From Candidatus Micrarchaeota archaeon (GTDB lineage: Archaea; Micrarchaeota; Micrarchaeia; Anstonellales; Bilamarchaeaceae), in assembly GCA_043821365.1 (NCBI GenBank), contig JBDRCX010000002.1, positions 128,001 to 192,000 on the forward strand: 64,000 nt of DNA, read 5' to 3'. The position numbers and the translations under genes were made by a program. The notes under the pieces are model-generated. The model had not been told where the DNA came from. It saw only the letters and a program-made list of their open reading frames with translations, and did no database searches. Of this stretch, positions 47,386 through 57,510 are shown one piece after another. Positions within the stretch are counted from its first letter, which is position 1. Each line of letters opens with the position of its first letter.

Positions 47386-49295
47386 AATTTTTTGAAGTCC
47401 CTTTTACAAGTTTGCTTATCTCACTCAGTATAATCATTGTTCTAAGTGTGCTATTCTTCTATCCTGCAATATCTGATTTTGGTCATACGCTTCTTGGTAA
47501 AGACGATATCAAGTTTTTTATTTGGTTATTTTGGCATTATGAAAACAGTCTTGATAATGGGACGAATCTGCTCGTAGCAAACGAAATCTTTTACCCATAT
47601 GGAATTAGTCTTTCTATCAGTACTATCACTCCTATTAATGCTATCATCTATCTTCTTCTCCCTAAAACAATTAGTGTGTTTGGAAAAATTACAATTTTAC
47701 AAATACTGCCATTCTTGTTAGGTGGAATTTTTTCATTTATACTTGCATATCGTTTTACAAAATCTTTTTTTCCATCAATGATGGCTTCCTTGATATATAA
47801 TTTTTCAGTTTCTCACTTCGAAAAAGCACTTCACTATCTTAACTATAACATGGCCATGGGATGGTTGCCACTTTTTTTTATTTTTTATTTTGAATTTGTT
47901 GGTGCAAAACACAAAAAACCTGAACAGTATATATTTCTTTCAGCAACTTTATTGATTCTAGCATTATCTGAATTGACAGTTGCCATAATGCTTGGCTTTA
48001 TAGTGTTTCTCGATATCTTCATTCGTTATCTAAATAGATCTTCACTGTCGCTTTGGACACCGAAAAACACGATAATCCTAGCAGTTGCTGTTGTAAGTTC
48101 ACTCATATTATATGAGTTTCTTTCCTTTTCTAGTTTTCCAATTTATCTAACTTACATACTTCCTTCTATTTTATTTTTTATTGCTTGTTTTATCATAATT
48201 GGTCAAAAACATCTATCTGAAATGGAAATAAAATTCAATTACTTCAAGGTCATGCTTCTAATTTCACTCCCAACAATCCTCTACCTAGTTATCCTTTGTT
48301 TACAACCAACATATGCATTTCATTCGGAGTCAGTACTTGTAAATATTATTCGATATACTGTTCCTCTAGATTCTTTTATTATGTCTGATTCACAAGCAAT
48401 CTTTCATCTGGATTTTTTTAAAAATTTAAATAATGTGTGGACACCAGAAATGCCAATACCAGACCCATATGGATTGTTACTTTTGGTTCTTTTATGGTTG
48501 GCAGGTCCACTTCTTTTCCCACTGTTATCCATGTTGTTACCAAAAGCATCTAAGTTTGAAATCTACACAAGGGATTTTTCTTTTCTTTGTATCTTTTTTT
48601 CATTACCGTTAATATCAATCGGGAGTTCATTTCTCTTGGTTACTCCATTTATCTCATTTCAATTATTTCCACTTCTTCCAGTCTTACGTGTTTCATCTAG
48701 ATTTATGCTATTCGGTTTCTTGTTTCTTTCCTTATTGTCAGCTATGGTTTTGAAACGTCTAGAATTGAAAAGATCTATTCTTGTTCCAATTTTATTTGTA
48801 CTAGTTTTGGTACAATTATGGCCAGCACCTGCACAATTTATTTTTGATACAAAAGTCCCAAATTTTTATCTTGCTCTTGCTAATGATTCTGCCAATAAAA
48901 CTATAATCCTCTATCCAGTTCTGGACTACTTTTCTCTTCTGGACGAATCCTATTACCAAACCTATCATAAAAAGCCAATTTCAATTGGTACAGTTTCAAG
49001 ATTTCCTACTGCTACTAATGATATTTTTGAGCTTTACACCAAAGATTATTCTTCTAACCATACAATTGAAGAAATAGCAATTCATATTCATCAACTTGTT
49101 TTGAACTATGGTTATGATTATTTGGTGGTCCATAAGCTACATTGTTGTGAAGATTGCAATTGTCCTATTGGTTCTCTGGTTCCACTAGATTCGAAAAAAT
49201 TAGAAGAGATTAACGTTTCATTAAATAATGAATTCGGATATGCAATATATGAAGATGATGTGATAATTGTTTATTCCACTGCAGCTAATAAATGA
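47382..49295 (+). CDS. Polytopic membrane protein, GT-C/YfhO-like
   Basis: More than 10 TM segments; FYPYGISL, LRVSSRF; soluble C-terminal domain with YYQTYHKKP. Confidence 0.6.
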   Translation: MKFFEVPFTSLLISLSIIIVLSVLFFYPAISDFGHTLLGKDDIKFFIWLFWHYENSLDNGTNLLVANEIFYPYGISLSISTITPINAIIYLLLPKTISVFGKITILQILPFLLGGIFSFILAYRFTKSFFPSMMASLIYNFSVSHFEKALHYLNYNMAMGWLPLFFIFYFEFVGAKHKKPEQYIFLSATLLILALSELTVAIMLGFIVFLDIFIRYLNRSSLSLWTPKNTIILAVAVVSSLILYEFLSFSSFPIYLTYILPSILFFIACFIIIGQKHLSEMEIKFNYFKVMLLISLPTILYLVILCLQPTYAFHSESVLVNIIRYTVPLDSFIMSDSQAIFHLDFFKNLNNVWTPEMPIPDPYGLLLLVLLWLAGPLLFPLLSMLLPKASKFEIYTRDFSFLCIFFSLPLISIGSSFLLVTPFISFQLFPLLPVLRVSSRFMLFGFLFLSLLSAMVLKRLELKRSILVPILFVLVLVQLWPAPAQFIFDTKVPNFYLALANDSANKTIILYPVLDYFSLLDESYYQTYHKKPISIGTVSRFPTATNDIFELYTKDYSSNHTIEEIAIHIHQLVLNYGYDYLVVHKLHCCEDCNCPIGSLVPLDSKKLEEINVSLNNEFGYAIYEDDVIIVYSTAANK

Positions 49296-49334
49296 TTTGG
49301 TTTTTTTATATTTATTATTACAAAAGTTGATGCG

Positions 49335-50207
49335 ATGATAAAAATCTCAGTAATTATCTGTGCCTATAACGAAGAAAAAAACATAGGCAAGCTTATTGAT
49401 CAGATGCTGGACCAATCAATAAAAGCTAATGAAATCATAGTTGTTTCATCTGGTTCAACTGATTCTACTAACAATATACTATCATCATTCTCAAAAAAGC
49501 ACAAAGAAATCAAATTGTTGCGTCAAACCCAAAGAAAAGGGAAAGTTCGAGCTGTTAATCTTGGACTTAATCATGTAAAAAGTGATATAATCATTCTATG
49601 CAGTGCTGATGTACAATTAGAAAAGAATACATTTGAGAAACTTGTAGAAAAATTCAATAATGAAAAAATTGGCATGGTTGGTGCCCACCCAGTCCCAGTA
49701 AACGATCCAAAAACATTTGCTGGTTTCTACTCTCATTTAATTTGGGCTCTACATCATGATATCGCACTCAAAATTCCAAAATGTGGTGAAGTTATAGCAT
49801 TTAGGAATCTTGGTTATTTGATCCCCGAAGATGTGCCAATTGATGAAGCTTATCTTGAATTTAAATTTAAAAAAGAAGGTTTTTTGCTAGCATATGCACC
49901 TGGTGCAATTGTGCATAATCATGGTCCAAAAACAATCGCTGATATGTTTGTTCAGAGAAGAAGAATTCATGCCCAACACATGTTTCTTAAGCAAAAGTTC
50001 AAATATGTCGTATCAACATCCACCCCATCTTTTGTTTTTTCTGCACTTATGTCAACATTTAAACCAAGTTTTGAATATATTTTTTTCTTACCTATTGCGG
50101 TTGTTCTAGAAACAATATCAATACTTTTTGCATCATATGATTTTTTTATCAACAAAAATGCACACAAAGTATGGAAAATAGCCAGGTCAACCAAGGTGGT
50201 AAGATGA
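49335..50207 (+). CDS. Glycosyltransferase family 2
   Basis: VIICAYNEEKNI, RKGKVRAVN, SADV, IDEAY and QRRRIH. Confidence 0.9.
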   Translation: MIKISVIICAYNEEKNIGKLIDQMLDQSIKANEIIVVSSGSTDSTNNILSSFSKKHKEIKLLRQTQRKGKVRAVNLGLNHVKSDIIILCSADVQLEKNTFEKLVEKFNNEKIGMVGAHPVPVNDPKTFAGFYSHLIWALHHDIALKIPKCGEVIAFRNLGYLIPEDVPIDEAYLEFKFKKEGFLLAYAPGAIVHNHGPKTIADMFVQRRRIHAQHMFLKQKFKYVVSTSTPSFVFSALMSTFKPSFEYIFFLPIAVVLETISILFASYDFFINKNAHKVWKIARSTKVVR

Positions 50208-51271
50208 AATTTCCAAGAATTCTTTGTTACAAATCTTTCTACAATTTTGGAATTCCAAAAATACTTCCACTTAATCTTACTGTGAGTGTTAGCTATAATT
50301 GCAATTCAAGATGTAAAACATGTAATATTTGGAAAAAGAAGGCCAAAGACTTGTCTTTAGAAGAATATGAAAAAATATTCAAAAATATTGGAAATTCTGT
50401 TTTTTGGGCAACTATAAGCGGTGGTGAACCGTTTCTCCGTAAAGATCTTTCTGAAATAATCTCATTGCTATATTTATACTGCAAGCCTACTATCATAAAC
50501 ATTCCAACTAATGGTCTTCTTGGACCTTACATTGCAAAAAAATGTGTGGAGATTGCAAAAAATTGTCCTAAATCTCAAATAGTTCTCAATCTGTCACTGG
50601 ATGGGATTGAAGAAAAACATGATGAAATCCGTGGCATCAAAGGTAATTGGGAAAGGAGTATACAAACCTATCAAGCATTACGAAAAATTAAATCCAAAAA
50701 CTTCAGTTTAGGTGTTCACACAGTGATTTCAAAATTTAATGTTAAAGCAATCCCAAAAATAACTGATTATATCATAACCAAGCTAAAACCTGATTCTTAT
50801 ATTAGTGAGGTTGCAGAAGAGAGAGTCGAACTTGATAGCATTGGAGCAGAAATAACTCCAGATGTAAAAAGTTATGCAAAAGCAATTGATTATCTTTCTT
50901 CAAAAACAACTAATTCTAAAGTGAAGGGTGTTTCAAAATTTACAATGGCATTCCGTAAAAAGTATTATGAATTTGCAAAGAAAGTTCTAATTGATAAAAA
51001 ACAAGCTATTCCATGCTATGCAGGTGTTGCATCTGCACAAATTTCTCCCGAAGGGGATGTTTGGGGATGCTGTGTTCGGGCAGAATCATTAGGAAATTTA
51101 AGAAAGAATAATTATGATTTCAAGAAGATCTGGTTTGGTGAGAAAGCAAGAAAATTTAGGAAAAGCGTCAAAAATAAAGAATGTGCATGTCCATTAGCCA
51201 ATGCCTATTACTCTAGTGCAATTATGGATATGAAAACAATTACTAAAGTTGGTTTTGATATGCTACGGTGA
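50204..51271 (+). CDS. Radical SAM / SPASM-twitch domain protein
   Basis: CNSRCKTC, SGGEPF, SLDG...HD.IRG, CYAG...ISPEGDVWGC and CACPLAN. ATG 50204 overlaps the GT2 stop. Confidence 0.9.
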   Translation: MKFPRILCYKSFYNFGIPKILPLNLTVSVSYNCNSRCKTCNIWKKKAKDLSLEEYEKIFKNIGNSVFWATISGGEPFLRKDLSEIISLLYLYCKPTIINIPTNGLLGPYIAKKCVEIAKNCPKSQIVLNLSLDGIEEKHDEIRGIKGNWERSIQTYQALRKIKSKNFSLGVHTVISKFNVKAIPKITDYIITKLKPDSYISEVAEERVELDSIGAEITPDVKSYAKAIDYLSSKTTNSKVKGVSKFTMAFRKKYYEFAKKVLIDKKQAIPCYAGVASAQISPEGDVWGCCVRAESLGNLRKNNYDFKKIWFGEKARKFRKSVKNKECACPLANAYYSSAIMDMKTITKVGFDMLR

Positions 51272-51275
51272 AAAA

Positions 51276-52103
51276 ATGGAAGACTGTTTCGATATTGCAA
51301 ATCCAGATAAAAAAGAACTTGAGAAAATTTACAATAATGAAAAAAGGTATCCGTGGATATTTAAACAATTAAGTGGTTATGAGGATTATTGTGATAAATA
51401 CAAGTTACATGCAATTCTAAAGACTGTTAGTAAATATAAGTTGAATTCTATCCTGGATAATGGTTGTGGCGCTGCCGTAGTCTCAAGAATCTTGGCAAAA
51501 AATGGTTACAAAGTTACTGGTTTTGATATCTCATATGCAATAATAAAGAAAATCCCCAAACAAAGAAATCTCAAACTTATTGTGGGCGATTCTGACACTC
51601 TCCCATTTCCTGATAATTCTTTTGATTGTGTAATCTGCAGCGAAGTTCTTGAACATATCAAGGATAACGGGCCTTCAATAAAAGAAATCAATCGTGTACT
51701 AAAAAAAGGTGGAATCGCAATAATTACCATACCTAATTGGAGTTGTTATGATTGTTTGGAGGGCAATTTTGGCATTGTAACTTTCATTGTAAATATTATC
51801 AACTTTATGTTGTCTATTTTTGGCATAAAACCCATCTATAAATATGGCGTGAACATGCACTTTCACAAGATGTTTCCGTGGCAATGGAAGAATGTAATAG
51901 AGTCCTTTGGTTTCACTAAAATCTATGGACAGGCTATATACTTGGTTCCATATATACCGAAGTTTCGTTTTTTAGAGAGGTTCATATACAAAATCCCATA
52001 TTTATTCTCTATAAAAATCTGGTTAGATGATCTGTTATCTCCTTTATGGCCATTCAAATATTTTGGTTTGAATCATCTTTTTGTATTTAAAAAATCAGAG
52101 TAA
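51276..52103 (+). CDS. Class I SAM-dependent methyltransferase
   Basis: ILDNGCGAA, LPFPDNSFDCVICSEVLEHI and VLKKGG. Confidence 0.9.
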   Translation: MEDCFDIANPDKKELEKIYNNEKRYPWIFKQLSGYEDYCDKYKLHAILKTVSKYKLNSILDNGCGAAVVSRILAKNGYKVTGFDISYAIIKKIPKQRNLKLIVGDSDTLPFPDNSFDCVICSEVLEHIKDNGPSIKEINRVLKKGGIAIITIPNWSCYDCLEGNFGIVTFIVNIINFMLSIFGIKPIYKYGVNMHFHKMFPWQWKNVIESFGFTKIYGQAIYLVPYIPKFRFLERFIYKIPYLFSIKIWLDDLLSPLWPFKYFGLNHLFVFKKSE

Positions 52104-53057
52104 ATTGTTTTCTCTATACCATTTTACTGTATTTCTCATTCCAGTTACAACATCTGTTTTTGGTTTATATCTGAGTATCTTTTTTGCCTTTTCCCAGTTT
52201 GTTGTTCTGTTTTTAGTCAAGTATTTAACTTGTGATAATGTCAATGGCGGTTTTGCTACTAAGCCCCAACTATTATCCAATACAAATCCAGCTATTTCTG
52301 GTATGGGACTTGGTATGGACAAGGTTGGAGGTCCAACACCCAACGCTTTAGCCATCGTTGTTATGAATTCTTTTACAGTTACTGGTCTTGGGCCAGCAAT
52401 ATTGAATGTTTCTCCAACTGCTTTCTTACTCTTAGTTGCAGACAGGATGCTAACAACAAGGTCATTTATGTAGGTGGGATGTAGTTTTGATTTTCCATCA
52501 TTGAAAAAGACAAATCTTCTTTCTTTTACTGTTTTGAAAAGCTTGAGTAAGTGCAAATCCCCTGGTCCATAAACAAAATCTGGCCGTATTATAATTATTG
52601 GAATTTTTTTTGCATATTTCAAAACTATTTTTTCTCCTTCTATTTTTGTTTTTTCGTATATGTTGGTTGGATTGTATGGGCAGTTCTCATTAGCTATTTG
52701 TTCGTCCTCCATCGGACCAAAAACACCACAACTGCTGATGTGTATGAATTTTTTTACTTTGGCTTCTGAAGCTGCTTTCAACATATTTTCTGTGCCATTA
52801 ACATTCACATCCCAAAATTTTTGGTTTGCTATCCCCCAGCCACCAAGAACACCAGCACAGTGGATGACGACATCAATGCCTTCACAAGCCTTTTTACAAG
52901 AATCCAAATCAGTTATATCCCCAACTATTGCGTCGATACTATCTATTTTAAACCTCGAAGTTCTAGTGAAAATTCGAACTTTATATCTCTTATTTATAAG
53001 TTCTCGAACCAGTGCGTTTCCAATAAAACCAGTTGCACCAGTTATCAATAATCTCAT
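52095..53057 (-). CDS. NAD-dependent epimerase/dehydratase (extended SDR)
   Basis: TGATGFIG, VNVNGT, SSCGVFG, YEKTK and RPDFVYGPGD. Confidence 0.92.
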   Translation of the reverse strand: MRLLITGATGFIGNALVRELINKRYKVRIFTRTSRFKIDSIDAIVGDITDLDSCKKACEGIDVVIHCAGVLGGWGIANQKFWDVNVNGTENMLKAASEAKVKKFIHISSCGVFGPMEDEQIANENCPYNPTNIYEKTKIEGEKIVLKYAKKIPIIIIRPDFVYGPGDLHLLKLFKTVKERRFVFFNDGKSKLHPTYINDLVVSILSATKSKKAVGETFNIAGPRPVTVKEFITTMAKALGVGPPTLSIPSPIPEIAGFVLDNSWGLVAKPPLTLSQVKYLTKNRTTNWEKAKKILRYKPKTDVVTGMRNTVKWYRENNLL

Positions 53058-53108
53058 AATTACCTACTAGTATAATTGCTTATAAACGTTTTCCAATTTG
53101 TGGTATCT

Positions 53109-54230
53109 ATGGATTTGGTTCTAACTCATATTGATCTTTCACACAAAGGCGGCGGTGAAGTTGTAATACTTGATATTGCAAAAAAGTTCAATCCAGTTAT
53201 CTATGTAACTTCCTATACTCCTGAATTAACATTTCCTGAATTTAAGGAATTTGATATTCGTGTTTTGCCAAAAACATCATTTGAAAAATTACCATTATTT
53301 GGTGATAAAGTCCATTCTGGCCTCTCATTTTATACCAACAAGCTCAAGGATAATTATGATGTTATAAGTGCACATTATTCTCCTGCAGAACTAATACGTA
53401 ATAAAAATCCAAGAGTTTGCTGGGTATTATACTCTCCTTTTAGGGAGGTATATGATATTTATGAAGAAAATATGGCAAGTTCCTCATTTCTTACAAAGAC
53501 CAGATTATTTTTCGGTGCAAAATTATATCGTACTTTGAGTTCCCAGGTTGTACCTAAAATAGAAAAAATATGCCCAATTTCGGAAGTTGTTAATTTAAGA
53601 TTGAAAAAATATTTACACCGCGATGATGGTGAAATAATACACCCTGGTATTGATGCATCTGAATACTCGTGTGGTTCTTATGATAAATACTTTTTTTACC
53701 CATCTAGGTTATGCTATCTTAAACGTTTTGAAATTGCAATTGATGCATTCCGTAAGTTCTCAGAAAAACACAAAGATTGGAAATTAGTGATTGCTGGCTT
53801 TGTAAACAAAAGAGATGAATGGTATCTACCAAAGCTAAGAGAATTCGCATCAAACTCTAATGTTGAGATAATCTACAACCCCACTAAAAAACACCTTCAA
53901 AAATTATATTCCAACTGTTATGCTACAGTATTTTCAGCATATGATGAGGATTTTGGATTAGTTCTATTGGAGGCAATGGCATCCAAAAAACCTGTTATAT
54001 CTATAAACGAAGGTGGGCCAAAATATATTATTGATGATAATAACACTGGTTACCTTGTGAACTCTTCAGATGAAATGGCAGAGAAAATGTCTTTCCTTGC
54101 CAGTAATCCTGGTCTATGTGAAAAACTTGGTAAGGCTGGCCGTTCCAGAGTTATAAAAAAATTCACAAAGAAAAAATTTCTTAATAAATTAGAAATTGCA
54201 TTCAAAGATGTTGCAAAAAATCATGAGTGA
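53109..54230 (+). CDS. Glycosyltransferase family 4
   Basis: GGGE, IHPGID, SRL..LKR and EDFGLVLLEAMASKKPVI. Start placed at ATG 53109. Confidence 0.92.
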   Translation: MDLVLTHIDLSHKGGGEVVILDIAKKFNPVIYVTSYTPELTFPEFKEFDIRVLPKTSFEKLPLFGDKVHSGLSFYTNKLKDNYDVISAHYSPAELIRNKNPRVCWVLYSPFREVYDIYEENMASSSFLTKTRLFFGAKLYRTLSSQVVPKIEKICPISEVVNLRLKKYLHRDDGEIIHPGIDASEYSCGSYDKYFFYPSRLCYLKRFEIAIDAFRKFSEKHKDWKLVIAGFVNKRDEWYLPKLREFASNSNVEIIYNPTKKHLQKLYSNCYATVFSAYDEDFGLVLLEAMASKKPVISINEGGPKYIIDDNNTGYLVNSSDEMAEKMSFLASNPGLCEKLGKAGRSRVIKKFTKKKFLNKLEIAFKDVAKNHE

Positions 54231-54244
54231 TAATATGTTCGGGC

Positions 54245-55711
54245 TTAACCACTTTCATTTTGCAAATGGTATACTATTACTCGTTTATCCTCAAAAACAA
54301 CATTTCCATCAATATAAATTTCAGTGTCACCTAAAATTGCAATATAATCAAATTTCGTTATGTTTGTATCCTTTCTGTAAATCGCAGGTATGGTAAATGC
54401 ACCGGCAAAATTACTATCAATAACATAACTATGGTTTTCAGAATAATTTTGTATGAAGATATAATACTCCTCTTCACTGGTATTCCTGAGCATCGTTATC
54501 AGTCCATAGTCTAACCAGCTCCCAGTTTCCCTTTTCTCTTCAAGCATTTTATATGCTGCAACATCTGGCATGTAAGTTCCGATTATCAGAACATTCTCTT
54601 TTCCTACTAGAAATTCACCAGCATTTTTTTGTGGTGAGAACTTTTCCTCATAACTCAAATGGGCAAAAAACCCAACAACAAAAGATAATATGATCACTAC
54701 TGAAAATACATAGTAAAAGAATTTGTCTAATTTAATCTTTCCATTTTCCATGCTCAAGTACTTCACACCCAGATAAACCAATGGCGGAATTATTGGATAG
54801 AAATAAAATGGCATTAGAGTGCTAGCTATCAAAGGAAAAATCCCCAAAATAAACCAAACAGTTATTGCTAAATTCTCTTTCCAACTTTTTACGAAACCAA
54901 ACATTGCCAAGATACACCAAGCAACAGTCAATGGAAAAATGCCAATTATGGATCCTATGATGTTTTCGATAGTCAATTTTTCTATGATTAGATTTTTGGC
55001 AACATAATTTGTCATGGATACTGGTTCACTCGTAGTGATTGTTCCTTCAGCCATCATTGCCATCGGAAATGCAAGTAGCGATAATAAGAATATTGGAGCC
55101 ATAATTTTTTTCTTATCGTTTTGGAAAAGATATGCAACAGCAACAATCGGTACAGTTGCAGCATTTGTTTGTTTTACAAAATAGGCTAGAAATGTGAATA
55201 TGCCACCAAGTACGAAGAGTTTTTCATCTTTCAAACCATTAATATAGGCCAAGACACCAGCAAAGATGAAGGTTCCGCACAAAGTGTCAGTCAGAACACG
55301 CAGTTCTGTATGTATGTTGAGTCCAAGTGTCACATATGCAAGTGCCATCAAAAATGCTTCATCTTTTCTTTTAGTAAATTTTTCAAATATAAAAAATACC
55401 AAAATTGCATTCATTAGTCCAAATAAGAGATTTGGAAGACGGTAAACTGCTTCTATAGGTATTGGCAAATCCCTCAAAAACTGGACAAAAAAGCCACTTA
55501 TCCAGAAAAATAATGGTGGTTTCCATCCAACTGGATAGTCAAATAAAGTTACAATCAGAGTCGGATTTTCTATTTGTTCTTCTATCATTACTGAGTAAAA
55601 TGCTTCATCCTGAACAAAAGGGACATAATCAATTATGGGAACTCGAATAATTAGGTAGACAAATGTAATTACTAATAGCATTTTTTTGTAATCTAATTTA
55701 TCCAAATCCAT
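54245..55711 (-). CDS. GT39/ArnT-like membrane glycosyltransferase
   Basis: QDEAFY, WKPPLFFW, RLPNLL, TDT and VKQT; polytopic membrane protein. Confidence 0.82.
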   Translation of the reverse strand: MDLDKLDYKKMLLVITFVYLIIRVPIIDYVPFVQDEAFYSVMIEEQIENPTLIVTLFDYPVGWKPPLFFWISGFFVQFLRDLPIPIEAVYRLPNLLFGLMNAILVFFIFEKFTKRKDEAFLMALAYVTLGLNIHTELRVLTDTLCGTFIFAGVLAYINGLKDEKLFVLGGIFTFLAYFVKQTNAATVPIVAVAYLFQNDKKKIMAPIFLLSLLAFPMAMMAEGTITTSEPVSMTNYVAKNLIIEKLTIENIIGSIIGIFPLTVAWCILAMFGFVKSWKENLAITVWFILGIFPLIASTLMPFYFYPIIPPLVYLGVKYLSMENGKIKLDKFFYYVFSVVIILSFVVGFFAHLSYEEKFSPQKNAGEFLVGKENVLIIGTYMPDVAAYKMLEEKRETGSWLDYGLITMLRNTSEEEYYIFIQNYSENHSYVIDSNFAGAFTIPAIYRKDTNITKFDYIAILGDTEIYIDGNVVFEDKRVIVYHLQNESG

Positions 55712-56632
55712 TCAACCACGTGCCGTGTGCTTTTTCGTAATACTAATTACAATGTCTAAAATTTTTGATAACATGTATAAAATCACCATCCCAACAATGG
55801 TTAATCCAATTGCAGTTAACCAATCGAGTTTCAATGGCAAACCTATGTCTAAACCATCTGCATACATAAGCAAAGGCAAGCCCAAAACAACAAACATCAA
55901 TACCCAATACCTAATTGGATCTTTTCCTAAATATTCTATTTCTTTAATATCTATTTTTTTGGAAAGTTTGAAAAATAATAATGATACTAATATGGATAAA
56001 ATTATGAAAGAAGGCGTAACCATAAGTTTGTAAGGAGGTATTAAAATCAGCATAATTACTGAGAACAGGATTAGCGGTGTGATATATTTATCTATATTCT
56101 CTATCTCTCTACCAGCTATTACTCCAGCAAGCATAACAGGAAGGTAAAATATGGCAGCACCATACCCACCAAGATAATTTGCATTGAAATCTGGTAGAAA
56201 CCCAACAACCTGAAGAGCAAAGTAAAGAAGAAACACAGATAGTCCAGCAATTATTATTTCTTTATTTGAAAATTTGATCAAAAGAAGTGTTGGCATGAAC
56301 AATAAAACATTAAGCATAATTTCATCCATACCAAGGAATTCACCAGAAGAAATCGGCGAAAGAAAAAACCAAATCATCACTAGTTTTCCTATTCTTTCTA
56401 TTATGTCCAAAATGTAATCCTTATTTTTACTTTTCTTTTTATCAAAATAAACAAGTGACATTCCACTTGCAAAAAGAAACATTGGCAATACAAAATCTCC
56501 TGGTCTTAATGTTCCGGGTACATTGTGGGTTAATAACCATGGAAGCGAACTGCATAAACCAAGGATTATTGTAAAAAACACCATTAGGAGAATGCTAAGC
56601 CCTCTAAAAGTGTCTATTGCCTTTATTCGCAT
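55712..56632 (-). CDS. Heparan-alpha-glucosaminide N-acetyltransferase-like (DUF1624/DUF5009) membrane acyltransferase
   Basis: RIKAIDTFRGLSILLMVF...H...DFVLPMFLFASGMS. Confidence 0.8.
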   Translation of the reverse strand: MRIKAIDTFRGLSILLMVFFTIILGLCSSLPWLLTHNVPGTLRPGDFVLPMFLFASGMSLVYFDKKKSKNKDYILDIIERIGKLVMIWFFLSPISSGEFLGMDEIMLNVLLFMPTLLLIKFSNKEIIIAGLSVFLLYFALQVVGFLPDFNANYLGGYGAAIFYLPVMLAGVIAGREIENIDKYITPLILFSVIMLILIPPYKLMVTPSFIILSILVSLLFFKLSKKIDIKEIEYLGKDPIRYWVLMFVVLGLPLLMYADGLDIGLPLKLDWLTAIGLTIVGMVILYMLSKILDIVISITKKHTARG

Positions 56633-56684
56633 ATATCTTCCCTATATCCTTAGTTATTTTAATCATACTATGCATTTTCTTTAT

Positions 56685-57437
56685 ATGAAGATCTTCTGGA
56701 ACAAGTCAGTCCATGAAAATGCTGCTTATTATTATGAGCTTGCCAAAGATAGCCGTGCTAAAATCTCTGGTCTCGAGCAGGCAATGGAAGAAACAAAAAA
56801 AGAAATAAAAGAAGCCAAAAAACCAGAGAAAAAAAACATCAAGATTAAAAGAGAAAAACAATGGTTTGAAAAATTCCATTTTGGATTTACAGCTACTGGA
56901 AAATTAATTATTGGTGGAAGAAGTGCCCAGCAGAATGATCTTATTTACAAAAAATATATCGAGGAGAATGATTTATTTTTCCATGCAGATATCCAGGGGG
57001 GGTCAGCAGTTATACTCAAAGATGGTGTCAATGCAGATGAAGAAGAATTAAAAGAAGCTGCCCAGTTTGCTGCTTGCTTTTCTAATGCATGGAAAAATGC
57101 AAATGCTTCTGTTGATGTTTACTGTGTTAAAAAAGTTCAATTAAGCAAACATGCAACTGGTGGATTTATACCGTCTGGGGCATTTGCAATAACTGGAGAA
57201 AGAAAATGGTTTAAAACAATGAAGCTTATTCTAAAGATCGGCATGAATGAAAATCTTGAAATAGCTTCAGAATTTTCAAAAAGACCACTTCGAAATGTTC
57301 TTTTATTGGTTCCGTCCCTTGCAGGAAAAGATAAGGGAAGCATGTCCAAATCTCTGGCAAAACGATTCAATGTTCATCCGGATTTCATATTGGAATTGCT
57401 GCCAAATGGGAAAAGTAAGACTATTGAGCCAAAATAG
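56685..57437 (+). CDS. NFACT-R (DUF814) protein: C-terminal half of Rqc2/RqcH
   Basis: SVHENAAYYYE..K coiled coil, WFEKF, GGRSAQQND, FHADIQGG and SGAF.I.G.RKW. Start placed at ATG 56685 (the track start overlaps the neighbour). Confidence 0.85.
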   Translation: MKIFWNKSVHENAAYYYELAKDSRAKISGLEQAMEETKKEIKEAKKPEKKNIKIKREKQWFEKFHFGFTATGKLIIGGRSAQQNDLIYKKYIEENDLFFHADIQGGSAVILKDGVNADEEELKEAAQFAACFSNAWKNANASVDVYCVKKVQLSKHATGGFIPSGAFAITGERKWFKTMKLILKIGMNENLEIASEFSKRPLRNVLLLVPSLAGKDKGSMSKSLAKRFNVHPDFILELLPNGKSKTIEPK

Positions 57438-57510
57438 CTCCTGGATCTAAAAAAGGCAGATATAAAATTCTTCATTCTGATAGTAACAATTACTTATTAG
57501 TGTGATTTGT

